Assembly (NCBI GenBank): GCA_963737655.1
Contig: CAVTTN010000002.1
Location: forward strand, 4,416,001 to 4,480,000
Reading direction: 5' to 3'
From: an uncultured Planctomycetota bacterium
Lineage (GTDB): Bacteria > Planctomycetota > Planctomycetia > Isosphaerales > Isosphaeraceae
Length of the DNA: 64,000 bases
Shown here: piece after piece, positions 11,199 to 21,332 of the stretch
How positions within the stretch are numbered: position 1 is the first letter of the stretch
How the letters are laid out: each line of letters begins with the position of its first letter
Position numbers and translations under genes: made by a program
The notes under the pieces: model-generated
Seen by the model: the letters and a program-made list of their open reading frames with translations, nothing else
What the model was told of the DNA's origin: nothing
The model's database searches: none

Positions 11199-13073
11199 AT
11201 GAAGGAAAACGATCGTCCCGCGACCGAGACGCCCGCCGCCTCTCCCCTTCCGATGCCGGGACCTCCCATGCTCGTTGACCCGAAATATATTCGCAACTTC
11301 TCGATCGTGGCCCACATCGACCACGGCAAGAGCACCCTCGCCGACCAGCTTTTGTTGCAGTCCGGGGCGATCACCCAGCGGGAGTTCCGCGAGCAGCTCC
11401 TCGACGACATGGATTTGGAGCGCGAGCGGGGGATCACCATCAAGGCCCGGGCCGTGGCGATCAACTACACGCTCGACGGCCAGGATTATGAATTGAACCT
11501 GATCGACACCCCCGGCCACGTCGATTTTCACTATGAGGTGTCGCGGAGCCTCGCCGCGTGCGAGGGGGCGATCCTGCTCGTCGATGCGTCCCAGGGGGTC
11601 CAGGCCCAGACGGTCGCCAACGCCTACGCGGCGATCAACGCGAACCTCACCATCGTCCCGGCCCTGAACAAGATCGACATGCAGGCCGCCCGGCCCGACG
11701 AGGTCAAGGAGGAGATCGAGCAGACCCTGGGGATCGACCGCTCCGAGGTCCTCGCCGTCAGCGGCAAGACCGGCCAGGGCGTCCCCGAATTGTTCCGGGA
11801 GTTGATCGAGCGAATCCCGGCGCCGTCGGGGAAGGTCCATGCCCCGCTTCGGGCCCTGATTTTCGACTCGAAGTTCGACGATTATCAGGGCGTGATCACC
11901 TATGTCCGCGTGGTGGACGGCGCGATCAAGGTCGGGCAAAAAGTCCGCCTGATGGCCGGGGAGACCGAGCACGAGGTCACGGGTCTGGGCCGGTTCCGCC
12001 CCCATTCGGTGCCGTGCGACGAGCTCGGGGTCGGCCAGGTCGGCTACGTGACGGCGAACATCAAGAGGCTCTCCGACGTCCGCATCGGCGACACGATCAC
12101 CGACGCCCGAACCTCCGCCTTGCAGCCTCTGCCCGGCTACCAGGAGCCGAAGCGGGTGGTCTATTGCGGGCTCTTCCCGGCGACCCACAACGAGTTCGAG
12201 GACTTGCGCAACGCCTTGCAGAAGCTGTCCTTGAACGACGCCAGCTTCACGTTCGAGCCCGAGACCTCCGACGCCCTGGGGTTCGGCTTCCGCTGCGGGT
12301 TCCTCGGGATGCTCCACATGGAGATCATCCAGCAGAGGCTGGAGCGCGAGAGCAACCTCTCGCTGGTCCAGACCGCGCCCAACGTCACCTACGAGATCCT
12401 CACCAGGAAGGGCGAGACGCTCTACATCGCCAATCCCACGCGAATTCCCGAGCCCGGAGACATCGAGGAATTCCGAGAGCCGGTCGCCCGGGTCAGCTTC
12501 ATCCTGCCGAGCGAGAACATCGGCGCGATCATGCAGCTCTGCTCCGAGCGTCGCGGGACGTATCTCAAGACCGAATACATCACGCCGACCCGGGCGATCC
12601 TCGGCTACGAGCTGCCCCTGGCGGAGATGATCTACGACCTCTACGACAAGCTCAAGAGCGCCACCAAGGGCTACGGGACCATGGACTACGAGGTCATCGG
12701 CTATCGGCCGAGCGACCTGGTGAGGCTCGACGTGCTGGTGGCCGGCGAAAAAGTGGACGCGCTGTCGATCGTCGTCCATCGCGATCATGCCTATCGCCGG
12801 GGCTTGCGGCTCACCAAGAAGCTCAAGGGCGAGATCGACCGCCACCAGTTCGAGGTGGCGATCCAGGCGGCCATCGGCACGAAGGTGATCGCCCGGGAGA
12901 CGATCTCGGCGCTGCGGAAGAACGTCACGGCCAAGTGCTACGGGGGCGACATCACCCGGAAACGCAAGCTCCTGGAGAAACAAAAGGAAGGCAAGAAGCG
13001 TATGAAGCAGGTGGGGAACGTGGAGATCTCCCAGGAGGCGTTCCTCTCGGTCCTGGACGACAGCGACGGTTGA
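11199..13073 (+). CDS. lepA: Elongation factor 4 (start may be at 11268)
   Basis: IRNFSIVAHIDHGKSTLAD, DTPGHVDF, KCYGGDITRKRKLLEKQKEGKKRMK. Confidence 0.98.
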   Translation: MKENDRPATETPAASPLPMPGPPMLVDPKYIRNFSIVAHIDHGKSTLADQLLLQSGAITQREFREQLLDDMDLERERGITIKARAVAINYTLDGQDYELNLIDTPGHVDFHYEVSRSLAACEGAILLVDASQGVQAQTVANAYAAINANLTIVPALNKIDMQAARPDEVKEEIEQTLGIDRSEVLAVSGKTGQGVPELFRELIERIPAPSGKVHAPLRALIFDSKFDDYQGVITYVRVVDGAIKVGQKVRLMAGETEHEVTGLGRFRPHSVPCDELGVGQVGYVTANIKRLSDVRIGDTITDARTSALQPLPGYQEPKRVVYCGLFPATHNEFEDLRNALQKLSLNDASFTFEPETSDALGFGFRCGFLGMLHMEIIQQRLERESNLSLVQTAPNVTYEILTRKGETLYIANPTRIPEPGDIEEFREPVARVSFILPSENIGAIMQLCSERRGTYLKTEYITPTRAILGYELPLAEMIYDLYDKLKSATKGYGTMDYEVIGYRPSDLVRLDVLVAGEKVDALSIVVHRDHAYRRGLRLTKKLKGEIDRHQFEVAIQAAIGTKVIARETISALRKNVTAKCYGGDITRKRKLLEKQKEGKKRMKQVGNVEISQEAFLSVLDDSDG

Positions 13074-13175
13074 TCGCCGCCCGATCCTCCGACAGGGGGA
13101 GCCCTCCGGCGCGCGGTTGACGCTTCTTCCTAGAGAGATGCCGGGCTCGTCGATCACGGCGGAGAGGGCGATTCG

Positions 13176-14678
13176 GTGGAGCTTGGCCAGACGATCACTC
13201 CCGAGGCCCCCCCGGCGGCGCCCGAGCCCGCCGGGCCGGTCGCGCCTCCCCGGCCATCGGTCGCCCCCTCGGTCCGGGTCGGCCTGTCGGCCCGCTCGAC
13301 GGTCGAATTCCTGATCATCCTGTTCATGGGCATCCTGTTCGCCCGGGCGTTTGCGGCCGAGGCGTACATCGTGCCCACCGGGTCGATGGCGCCGACCCTC
13401 CTGGGGATGCACCGCGACTTCGTCTGCCCGAACTGCGGCAAGCGGTTCTCGCTGGGGATGGACGAGGACGGCCGGCTCGGCCGCCCGGTCTGCCCCAACT
13501 GCGGGCAGACCGAGCTCGCCGAGGCCCCGGCCTCCGACGGCCTGGGGGACCGCCTCCTGGTCCAGAAGTTCGTGTACGACCTCCGCCCTCCTCGCCGCTG
13601 GGAGGTCGCCGTCTTCCAGAACCCGGCCGACCCGAGCCAGGCCTACGTGAAGCGCGTGGTGGCCCTGCCCGGCGAGGCGATCCAGCTCGCCGGGGGCGAC
13701 GTCTACATCGACGGCCGGATCGCCCGCAAGACGCTGGCCGAGGCCCGGGCCATGAGCGTCCCGGTCTACGACCACGACTTCACCCCGAAAGACCTCGGCC
13801 GCTTCCCCCGCTTCAGCTTCCGTCGAGGCGAGTTCCGCCGGATCATCCCGTCGGGCTGGAAGGCCGAGGGCAGCCGGTTCGTCCGCGAGCCGACCGGCCA
13901 GGTCAGCGACCTCCCCGACTGGATCTCGTATCGCCACTGGCAGGCCGACCGCGCCAATTACGGCCCGATCCGCGACTTCATCGCCTACAACGGATCGGAC
14001 ATCGCCGGGGAGAACCGGGTCCGCGACCTGATCCTGACCACGCGATTGGTCCTCGGCGAGGGCTGTTCGGCCGTCACGGTGAGGATCGACAGCGGGGCCG
14101 ACCGCTTCCTGATCACCCTGCCGATCACCGGCCCGGCGCCGATCGAGGTCCGCCGCAACGGCCGGTTCGTGCCCACCGAGCCGCTCGGCCCGAGCCTGGG
14201 GAAGCCGGCCAAGGGCCCCCGGACGCTGGAAGTGGCCGTGGTGGACCACCGCCTGACCGTGGCGATCGACGGCTCGCCCGCGTTCGAGCCGGTCGATTAC
14301 GACGACCCTCACGACGGCCCCCCCGGAGGCCCCGGGCCGGTCGCCCTCGGGGTGATCGGCGACGGCCGGGCCGAGGTCCTGTCCTGGAAGCTCGACCGCG
14401 ACGTTTATTACACCGCCGCGCTCGCCCAGTCTCCCCGGAGGCCGTTCGCCGTCGAGGAGCCGTACGTCCTGGGTCGCGACCAGTATTTCGTGCTGGGCGA
14501 CAACAGCCCGGTGTCCAATGACTCGCGGTTCTGGCCCGATTCGCCGGTCGTCACGCTCGACCGCTTCCTCGGCAAGCCGTTCCTGGTCCACCTGCCGAGC
14601 CAGGCGGTGCCGCTCCAGGTCTTCGGCCGGTCGCTTTACTGGATTCCCGATCCCCGGGAGATTCGGTACATTCGTTAG
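13176..14678 (+). CDS. lepB: Signal peptidase I with CxxC/CxxC insertion and large central domain
   Basis: VPTGSMAPTL (Ser), AYVKRVV (Lys), GDNSPVSNDSR; CPNC...CPNC. Confidence 0.9.
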   Translation: MELGQTITPEAPPAAPEPAGPVAPPRPSVAPSVRVGLSARSTVEFLIILFMGILFARAFAAEAYIVPTGSMAPTLLGMHRDFVCPNCGKRFSLGMDEDGRLGRPVCPNCGQTELAEAPASDGLGDRLLVQKFVYDLRPPRRWEVAVFQNPADPSQAYVKRVVALPGEAIQLAGGDVYIDGRIARKTLAEARAMSVPVYDHDFTPKDLGRFPRFSFRRGEFRRIIPSGWKAEGSRFVREPTGQVSDLPDWISYRHWQADRANYGPIRDFIAYNGSDIAGENRVRDLILTTRLVLGEGCSAVTVRIDSGADRFLITLPITGPAPIEVRRNGRFVPTEPLGPSLGKPAKGPRTLEVAVVDHRLTVAIDGSPAFEPVDYDDPHDGPPGGPGPVALGVIGDGRAEVLSWKLDRDVYYTAALAQSPRRPFAVEEPYVLGRDQYFVLGDNSPVSNDSRFWPDSPVVTLDRFLGKPFLVHLPSQAVPLQVFGRSLYWIPDPREIRYIR

Positions 14679-14762
14679 GGCGGCCCTCGGCCTCCGCGGG
14701 GCCCGCGCCCCTGCGGACCCGCGATCGCCCAGGACGACGCCGAACCCTCTCCCCGGGACGAC

Positions 14763-16577
14763 ATGCCGATGAGCCTCAAGAGCGACCCGACGAAGGCGAA
14801 GGCCCAGGCCCTCCCGGCCCCGGAGAAGGAAAAGGAGAAGGACAGGAAGAAGGAGAGCTGGCGCGACCTGATCGAGCAGCTCGTCGTGGCCTTCATCCTG
14901 GCCGTCCTGATCAAGGGATTCGAGGCCGAGGCGTTCGTGATCCCCACCGGGTCGATGGCGCCGACCCTCTACGGCCAGCACAAGGAGGTCACCTGCCCGG
15001 AGTGCGGCGAGCTGTTCGCCGTGAACGCCTCGGAGGAGGCCGACGACAGCCGGGGGCTGTTCGCCCAACCCGGCCCGTTCCACCAGATGCAGCAGGTCGT
15101 CGCCGCGAGCTGCCTGAACTGCCGGTACAAGGTCACGAAGCTCGACGAGACGCCGAGCTTCAAGGGGGACCGCATCCTCGTGATGAAGTTCCTCTACAGC
15201 CTGCCGGGCTGGCTCGGCGGGGTCGGCCCGCAACGCTGGGACGTGGTCGTCTTCCACTACCCCGAGCAGCCTCAGGTCAACTACATCAAGAGGCTGGTGG
15301 GCCTGCCCGGCGAGGTCCTGCGGGTCTATTTCGGCGACCTCCTGACCCGCCCGCCCGGCCCCGAGGGCCGGTTCCAGATCCAGAGGAAGCCGCTGGTCCA
15401 TCAGGAGGCGATGCAGCAGCTCGTCTGGGACGACTCCCACCGCCCGAAGGCGTTCGCCGACCTGCCCGAATGGCGGCGATGGGCCGGCCTGGGCGAGACC
15501 GGGGCGAAGACCTGGACCGAGCCGGCTCGCGGGACGTTCCACGCCGAGGGGCCCGCCTCGGACTGGGCCGAGCTCCGCTATCGCAACCTGATCCCCGACC
15601 CCAAGCAGTGGAACCGCGCCCTGAGCGGCCAGCCCACCGGCCCCCCCCGGGCCTCGCTGATCACCGATTTCTATGCGTATAACTCGGGGATCAACGGCGA
15701 CCGCAAGACCAGCGACCCCGAGGGCTGGTTCCAGCCCCACTGGGTCGGCGACCTGACCGTCAAGGCCCGGATCAAGGCGAACCCGGCGAAGGCCGGCACC
15801 CTCCGGCTCGAATTGATCGAGGCGGGCGTGCCCAACCGCTGCGAGATCGACCTGACCACCGGATCGGCCACGATCACCCGCTCCGGCTCGCCGATCGCCG
15901 AGCCCGTCGCCACCGCGATGAGGGCCGACGGCCGGTTCCACGACGTCGCATTCGCCAACGTCGACGACCGGTTGACGCTCTGGGTCGATGGCGGCCTGCC
16001 GTTCGGCGACGGGATCACCTACGACGACAAGCTCCCCAAGCACCCGACGCCCACCGGCGCGGACCTCGCCCCGGCGGGGATCTCCGTGAAGGGCGGGGAC
16101 GTCGAGGTGACCGGCCTTGTCCTGAAGAGGGATATCTACTATACCCAGGACCCCGGCTATGCCGACTACTCGAGCCTGGGGATCTCCTGGCCGGTCTCCT
16201 CGGGCGACCCCGACCGGAGGATCGCCGACTTCCTGGAGATCTTCTCCGACCCCGCCAAGTTCTCGGCCTTCGCCGAGCTGAAGTGGACGGACTACGAGAT
16301 CGCCCCGGGTCGGTACATGATGATGGGCGACAACAGCCCCCGGAGCAAGGACGGCCGAGGCTGGAAACACGAGGACCGCTACGACCCCGACCGCCCCGAT
16401 CAGGGTTGGGACACCAGCGGGCGGAACTCGTGGGAAGTGCCCGAATCGCTCCTGATCGGCAAGGCGTTCTTCGTCTACTGGCCCCACGGCGTCCCGATCT
16501 GGCCGAACAAGGGGATCACCCGAGACTTCCGCGTCCCGTTCCGGCCGTATGTCGAACGCATGAAATTCATCCGCTAG
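14763..16577 (+). CDS. lepB: Second signal peptidase I with CxxC/CxxC insertion
   Basis: IPTGSMAPTL, NYIKRLVG, GDNSPRSKDGR; CPEC...CLNC. Confidence 0.9.
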   Translation: MPMSLKSDPTKAKAQALPAPEKEKEKDRKKESWRDLIEQLVVAFILAVLIKGFEAEAFVIPTGSMAPTLYGQHKEVTCPECGELFAVNASEEADDSRGLFAQPGPFHQMQQVVAASCLNCRYKVTKLDETPSFKGDRILVMKFLYSLPGWLGGVGPQRWDVVVFHYPEQPQVNYIKRLVGLPGEVLRVYFGDLLTRPPGPEGRFQIQRKPLVHQEAMQQLVWDDSHRPKAFADLPEWRRWAGLGETGAKTWTEPARGTFHAEGPASDWAELRYRNLIPDPKQWNRALSGQPTGPPRASLITDFYAYNSGINGDRKTSDPEGWFQPHWVGDLTVKARIKANPAKAGTLRLELIEAGVPNRCEIDLTTGSATITRSGSPIAEPVATAMRADGRFHDVAFANVDDRLTLWVDGGLPFGDGITYDDKLPKHPTPTGADLAPAGISVKGGDVEVTGLVLKRDIYYTQDPGYADYSSLGISWPVSSGDPDRRIADFLEIFSDPAKFSAFAELKWTDYEIAPGRYMMMGDNSPRSKDGRGWKHEDRYDPDRPDQGWDTSGRNSWEVPESLLIGKAFFVYWPHGVPIWPNKGITRDFRVPFRPYVERMKFIR

Positions 16578-16608
16578 CGCCGGGTCCTTGATGTGTCGGA
16601 AGTTTTTT

Positions 16609-16674
16609 CGTAGGGCGGGCCTCGGCCTGCCGTCCCGGCCCGGATCGGATCGGCAGGCCGAGGCCTGCCTTACG
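16609..16674. repeat. Inverted GTAG-type REP pair (REPIN-like)
   Basis: CGTAGGGCGGGCCTCGGCCTGCC ... GGCAGGCCGAGGCCTGCCTTACG, imperfect inverted repeat. Confidence 0.65.
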
Positions 16675-16752
16675 ATGTGCGGAAACACCGAGTCCCGAGG
16701 CTGAGGGCGGGCGAACCCCACCCGACGGCCCTCGTCACGGAGGACGAGCCCC

Positions 16753-17586
16753 ATGCCCCTGCTCCAGGTCCGCAACCTTCAGAAGTGGTACGGCCGCCGG
16801 CAGGTGGTCTGCGGGGTCGATTACGAGGTCGAGGCCGGCGAGGTCGTCGGCCTCCTCGGCCCGAACGGCGCGGGCAAGACCACCAGCTTCCGGATGACCA
16901 TCGGCCTGATCACGGCCGACGACGGCCAGGTCACCTTCGACGGCCGGGACATCACCGGCCTGCCCATGTTCAAGAGGGCCCGGGCCGGGATGGGCTTCCT
17001 CGCCCAGGATTCCAGCGTCTTCAAGCAGCTTTCGGTCGAAGACAACCTGATGGCGATCCTGGAGACCCGCCCCGGCCTCAATCGCAAGGAACGCAGGAGG
17101 CGGCAGGACGAGCTCTTGAGCCAGTTCGGCCTCACGCACATCCGCAAGACCAAGGCCAACCGCGTCTCCGGCGGGGAGCGCCGCCGGTTGGAGATCGCCC
17201 GGAGCCTGATCACCGAGCCCAAGCTCATCATGCTCGACGAGCCGTTCGCCGGCATCGACCCGAAGACCGTCGGCGAGATCCAGGACGCCGTCCGGGCCCT
17301 GGCCGAGGTCCACGGCCTGGGCATCCTCATGACCGACCACCAGTTCCGCGAGACCCTGGAAGTCACCGACCGCTGCTACCTGATCCGAGAAGGCCGGGTC
17401 TTCGCCCGGGGCAACCGCCAGGAGATCCTCAACAACCCGGACGTCCGCCGCTACTACATCGGCGAGAGGTTCGACGTCGGCCACCTCCTCGACGGCCCCA
17501 AGCGCCCCGGCCACAAGCCCCTGCCCCCCGCCGGACCCGACGAGATCGTGCTCGACCAGGACGGCGAGGAGCCCCAAACCCCGTAG
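16753..17586 (+). CDS. lptB: LPS export ABC transporter ATP-binding protein
   Basis: GLLGPNGAGKTT, SGGERRRLEIAR, LDEPFAGIDP, TDH, VRRYYIGE. Confidence 0.93.
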   Translation: MPLLQVRNLQKWYGRRQVVCGVDYEVEAGEVVGLLGPNGAGKTTSFRMTIGLITADDGQVTFDGRDITGLPMFKRARAGMGFLAQDSSVFKQLSVEDNLMAILETRPGLNRKERRRRQDELLSQFGLTHIRKTKANRVSGGERRRLEIARSLITEPKLIMLDEPFAGIDPKTVGEIQDAVRALAEVHGLGILMTDHQFRETLEVTDRCYLIREGRVFARGNRQEILNNPDVRRYYIGERFDVGHLLDGPKRPGHKPLPPAGPDEIVLDQDGEEPQTP

Positions 17587-17629
17587 GGTGCATGAAATGC
17601 ACCGTCATGTGGGGTGCATGAAATGCACC
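17583..17629 (+). repeat. Tandem GTAG-type REP pair GT(A/G)GGGTGCATGAAATGCACC
   Basis: Direct copies at 17583-17603 (overlapping the lptB TAG) and 17609-17629, between convergent genes. Confidence 0.8.
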
Positions 17630-17701
17630 AACCACGCGGCGGCCCTCGGCCGCCCACCCTTCTCTCACGCTCCCCCGTTCCCTCACGCTTCCCCCGTTCC
17701 C

Positions 17702-18754
17702 TCACGCCGACCGCCGGGCCCCAATCGCCGCCGCGATCTGATCCCGAACGACCTTCCAGACCCGCCCCGAATCCAGCTCATCCAGGCATTCCATCCGGTC
17801 ACATTTCTTCAAGCAGCTCGCGGCGCACCAGATCTCCGTCGAAACCGACCGGGCCATCGGCCCGAACGGGCCGGTCAACCTCGGGCTCGTGCACAAATAA
17901 ACGCCCACCACGCGCGTACCGGTGGCGGCGGCGAGATGCAACGGCCCGGTGTCGTTCGAGACGACGCAATCGGCGTCGGCCATCACGGCGGCGAGGCCCG
18001 GGAGCGTGGTCTTGCCCGAGAGGTCGAGGATCGGCACGTCTCCCAGCCCCTCTTTCAGGGAATCGACGAGCGGGCGGTCCTCCGGCGCCCCGACGGCGAT
18101 CAGGCCCGCGCCGAACTCCTTCGCCGCACGTCGCCCGATCTCGGCGAACTGGCCCGGCGGCCATCGCTTCGTGAGCCACCGGGCGCCGACGTTCAGGACC
18201 ACTCGCGGCCGAGGGACGCCGAAAAGGGCCGCTTCCGCCCCGAGCCGATCGGCCTCGGACATCGCCACGACGAACCTCGGCGCAACGTCCGCCCCGAATG
18301 CCCCGGCCACCCTCATCAGCCTCTCGACGGCATGCGTGGGGCCTTCGGGCATCGGGATGCGGTGCGAATAGAACCGGGGGGCGCCCTCGCGAGCGTCGGC
18401 CAACCCCACGCGGACCGGCGCGCCGGTGGCGGCCGTCATCAGGCCCGATCGCAGGAGGCCCTGGAGGTCGATCGTCAGGTCAAATCTCCGGCGACGCAGC
18501 CCCATCAGGAACCGGCCGAACTCGGCGAGGCCCGAGGGGTTCAGACCGACCTTCCCGCGATCGAACGGGATGACCTCATCGAGGTCCGGATGGCCGTCCA
18601 CCAGGCCGCGAAGCCCGCGATTGACGACCCAGGCGAGATGGGCCTCCGGCCACAACGCGCGGAGGGCCGAGAGGACGGGCAGGGCGTGGACGACGTCGCC
18701 GAGCGAGCTGGGCTTGATCAGGCAGACCCTCGCGGGCCGGAGGCGGTCGAGCAT
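17702..18754 (-). CDS. Glycosyltransferase family 9 (LPS heptosyltransferase, WaaC/WaaF-like)
   Basis: IKPSSLGDVVH, IDLQGLLRS, KRWP, SNDTGPLHLAAA. Confidence 0.92.
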   Translation of the reverse strand: MLDRLRPARVCLIKPSSLGDVVHALPVLSALRALWPEAHLAWVVNRGLRGLVDGHPDLDEVIPFDRGKVGLNPSGLAEFGRFLMGLRRRRFDLTIDLQGLLRSGLMTAATGAPVRVGLADAREGAPRFYSHRIPMPEGPTHAVERLMRVAGAFGADVAPRFVVAMSEADRLGAEAALFGVPRPRVVLNVGARWLTKRWPPGQFAEIGRRAAKEFGAGLIAVGAPEDRPLVDSLKEGLGDVPILDLSGKTTLPGLAAVMADADCVVSNDTGPLHLAAATGTRVVGVYLCTSPRLTGPFGPMARSVSTEIWCAASCLKKCDRMECLDELDSGRVWKVVRDQIAAAIGARRSA

Positions 18755-18859
18755 GTCGGGAACTCCCTTCCCCTCGGCTCCAATCCGGCGGTATCGTAGC
18801 GGTTCCGGCCGGACCGGGCAATTCCATGTCCCGATCGCGGACCCCGCCCGTCGCGAGGC

Positions 18860-19813
18860 ATGCTCATGGTCCTCGTCCTGCTCGCCGCGTTCCTGGTCGT
18901 GGAGAAGGGGGAGGCGGCGTTCGTGCCGACGGCCTCCGAGGCGACGGTCCCCGAGACCTTCCGCCTGCCGGCGGCCCGGTTCGGCTACGAGGTCGAGCTC
19001 CTGAGGACCGACCCCGGGTTCACCGTCTCGGCCGTGAGGTTCCCCTCGCCCATCACGTCGCCCGACCCGGAGAACGACACGGTCCACGCCGAGCTCTTCC
19101 TGCCCTCCGCCAAGGGGCCGAAGCGGCCGGCGGTGATCGTCTTGCACATCCTGGGCGCGGATTTCGCCCTGTCGCGGTATCTGGCGGCGCGATTGGCCGA
19201 GGAGGGCGTGGTCGCCCTGTTCGTGAAGCTGCCCTATTACGGGGAGCGCCGGCCGAAGGGGAGCGGCCAGAAATTCCTCTCGACCGACATCGGCCGATCG
19301 GTCGGGGCGATGAGGCAGGGCGTGTGCGACGTCCGCCGGGCCGCCGCGTTCCTGGCCGGTCGGCCCGAGGTCGATCCCGAGAAGCTGGGCGTGACCGGCA
19401 TCAGCCTCGGCGGGATCGTCTCGGCCACGGCGGCGGCCGTCGATCCGAAGCTGAACAAGGCCGCGCTGCTCCTGGCCGGCGGCGGCCTGGCGGAGATCCT
19501 CTGGACCATGCCCGAGGCCGCGAAGTATCGGACGCTCTGGCTCGCCTCGGGCCGGAGCAAGGCGGACCTCGCCGCCCTGACCGCCCCGCTCGACCCGCTC
19601 ACCTATGCCGAGGGGTTGCGGGGCAAGACCGTCCTCATGATGGCCGGGACGGTGGACGAGGTCATCCCGCCCTCGGCGGCGAGGGCGCTCTGGGAGAAGG
19701 CCGGCAAGCCGCCGATCGTCTGGCTCGACTGCGGCCACTATTCCGCCGCCGGATTCCTGCTGCCGGCCGTCCGCCAGACGGTCCACTTCTTCGCCGAGGA
19801 CGTTCCGAGGTAG
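18860..19813 (+). CDS. Alpha/beta hydrolase, probably exported
   Basis: GISLGG nucleophile elbow, D.VIP, CGHY; hydrophobic N-terminus. Confidence 0.85.
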   Translation: MLMVLVLLAAFLVVEKGEAAFVPTASEATVPETFRLPAARFGYEVELLRTDPGFTVSAVRFPSPITSPDPENDTVHAELFLPSAKGPKRPAVIVLHILGADFALSRYLAARLAEEGVVALFVKLPYYGERRPKGSGQKFLSTDIGRSVGAMRQGVCDVRRAAAFLAGRPEVDPEKLGVTGISLGGIVSATAAAVDPKLNKAALLLAGGGLAEILWTMPEAAKYRTLWLASGRSKADLAALTAPLDPLTYAEGLRGKTVLMMAGTVDEVIPPSAARALWEKAGKPPIVWLDCGHYSAAGFLLPAVRQTVHFFAEDVPR

Positions 19814-19881
19814 GGCCGGGCCCGGGAATTGCGGTCGAATCCCGCACATTCGATCGCGTTTCCCCTCCCCAGGACCGAGCC

Positions 19882-20106
19882 ATGACCGCCACGAGCCAGG
19901 ACGCGGTGATTTCCCGGAGCCAGCCCTCGAGTTCGGCCTCCCCGGCGTTCGAGAAGGGGCAGAGGCTGGTTTGCGCCTCGTGCCAGTCGGAGATCGAGAT
20001 CCTGAACCCCTGCACGTGCCGGCCGCCCGCCCAGGAATTGCTCTGCTGCGGGCAGCCGATGATGCCCTCGACCGGAGTGGCCGTGAACCTGAACGTGGAC
20101 GGCTGA
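19882..20106 (+). CDS. Small Cys-rich metal-binding protein, desulforedoxin-like (74 aa)
   Basis: LVCASCQSEIEILNPCTC...LLCCGQPM; AGGA upstream of the ATG. Confidence 0.7.
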   Translation: MTATSQDAVISRSQPSSSASPAFEKGQRLVCASCQSEIEILNPCTCRPPAQELLCCGQPMMPSTGVAVNLNVDG

Positions 20107-20404
20107 TCGGACCGGCCGAATCCGAATCCGATGGCCCCTTCCCCCGCCCGAGGGGTCCCGGGAAGGAAACGACCCGGGGCGATCCCCGCTTGCTTGACGC
20201 TTCGGGAGGGGGCCGCTAGGATGGCGGCGGTCCGGCGGCGGGGTGGGGCTGTCGCCGTCCGGCCGCCGCGAGTGCGGACGGTTCACGGATGAAGGGAAGT
20301 CCGGTTCGAAGTCGGTCCGATCGTTCGGGTTGCGGTTCGGCGAACGCGATCGCGGGATGATTCGGGGCCGCTCCGGTCCGGCGGGATGGCGGGGATGGTC
20401 GGCG

Positions 20405-21286
20405 ATGCACCCACTCGACGAGTTCCGCGGGTTCGTCACGGAGGGGGAAGAGCTCGCCCCCCTGACCTGGTTCCGCCTCGGCGGGCCGGCCCAGTTCCTC
20501 GCCCGGCCCCGAGGGGTTGAGGACCTCGCCGCCCTCCTGGCCCGATGCCGGGAGGCCGGCCTGCCCTGGCGATTGCTCGGCGGAGGCTCCAACGTCCTGG
20601 TCCGAGACGAGGGCGTGGCCGGCGTCGTGATCCACTTCGAGAGCCCGGCGTTCTCCGACGTGAAGGTCGAGGGCCGGACCGTCGAGGCCGGCGCCGCGGT
20701 CCCCCTGACGGCCCTGATCTCCCAGACCGCCCGCGCCGGCCTCGGCGGCCTGGAAGCCCTCACCGGCATCCCCGGGACCGTCGGGGGCGCCCTGCGAGGC
20801 AACGCCGGAGGCCGCGGCGGCTCGATCGGCCGATTCGTCCGAAGGACCACCGTGCTCGACCCTTCGGGCGAGGTCCGCATCCTCGACCGCGACGACGGCA
20901 GCTTCGGAGACCGCCTCTCCGGCCCCGAGGAGCCGGTGATCCTCTCGACCGAGCTGGAGCTGGAACGCGACGACCCCGAGTCCGTCGTCCGGCGGATGAG
21001 GCGGATCTGGATCGTCAAGAAAGAAAATCAACCGTATGGACATCAATCCTCGGGGATGATCTTTCGCGACCCCTCGCCCGACCTCTCGGCCCGCGTCCTG
21101 ATCGAGCAGTCCGGCATGAAGGGGGCGAAGCACGGAGGGGCCGAGGTCTCGGAGCGGCACGCCAACTTCATCGTCGCCCAGCCCGGGGCGACGGCGGCCG
21201 ACGTCCTGGCCCTGATCGACCTGATCCGCCGCCAGGTCCGGCTCCAGCTCGGGCACGACCTGGAATTGCAAATCCAGGTCTGGTAA
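20405..21286 (+). CDS. murB: UDP-N-acetylmuramate dehydrogenase
   Basis: LAPLTWFRLGGPA, LGGGSNVLV, GIPGTVGGALRGNAG, SERHANFIV. Confidence 0.95.
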   Translation: MHPLDEFRGFVTEGEELAPLTWFRLGGPAQFLARPRGVEDLAALLARCREAGLPWRLLGGGSNVLVRDEGVAGVVIHFESPAFSDVKVEGRTVEAGAAVPLTALISQTARAGLGGLEALTGIPGTVGGALRGNAGGRGGSIGRFVRRTTVLDPSGEVRILDRDDGSFGDRLSGPEEPVILSTELELERDDPESVVRRMRRIWIVKKENQPYGHQSSGMIFRDPSPDLSARVLIEQSGMKGAKHGGAEVSERHANFIVAQPGATAADVLALIDLIRRQVRLQLGHDLELQIQVW

Positions 21287-21332
21287 GAGTTTGGCCCGAG
21301 GAGGGCAAGCCAGCGCGCGAAGGAGGCCGACG

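Noticed and set aside
11193..16775. 1860-aa minus-strand ORF, and similar long antisense ORFs (116-3406, 22373-25273, 44288-47080, 53898-56918, 57808-60414)
   Set aside because: Shadow frames of real high-GC genes on the opposite strand; no recognisable motifs. Only the last 74 codons of 116-3406 look genuine.
17583..17710. Possible CRISPR array from the repeated 21-mers and CTCACGCT(T)CCCCCGTTCC units
   Set aside because: Only two copies each, no unique 30-40-nt spacers and no cas genes; consistent with REP and short tandem repeats.
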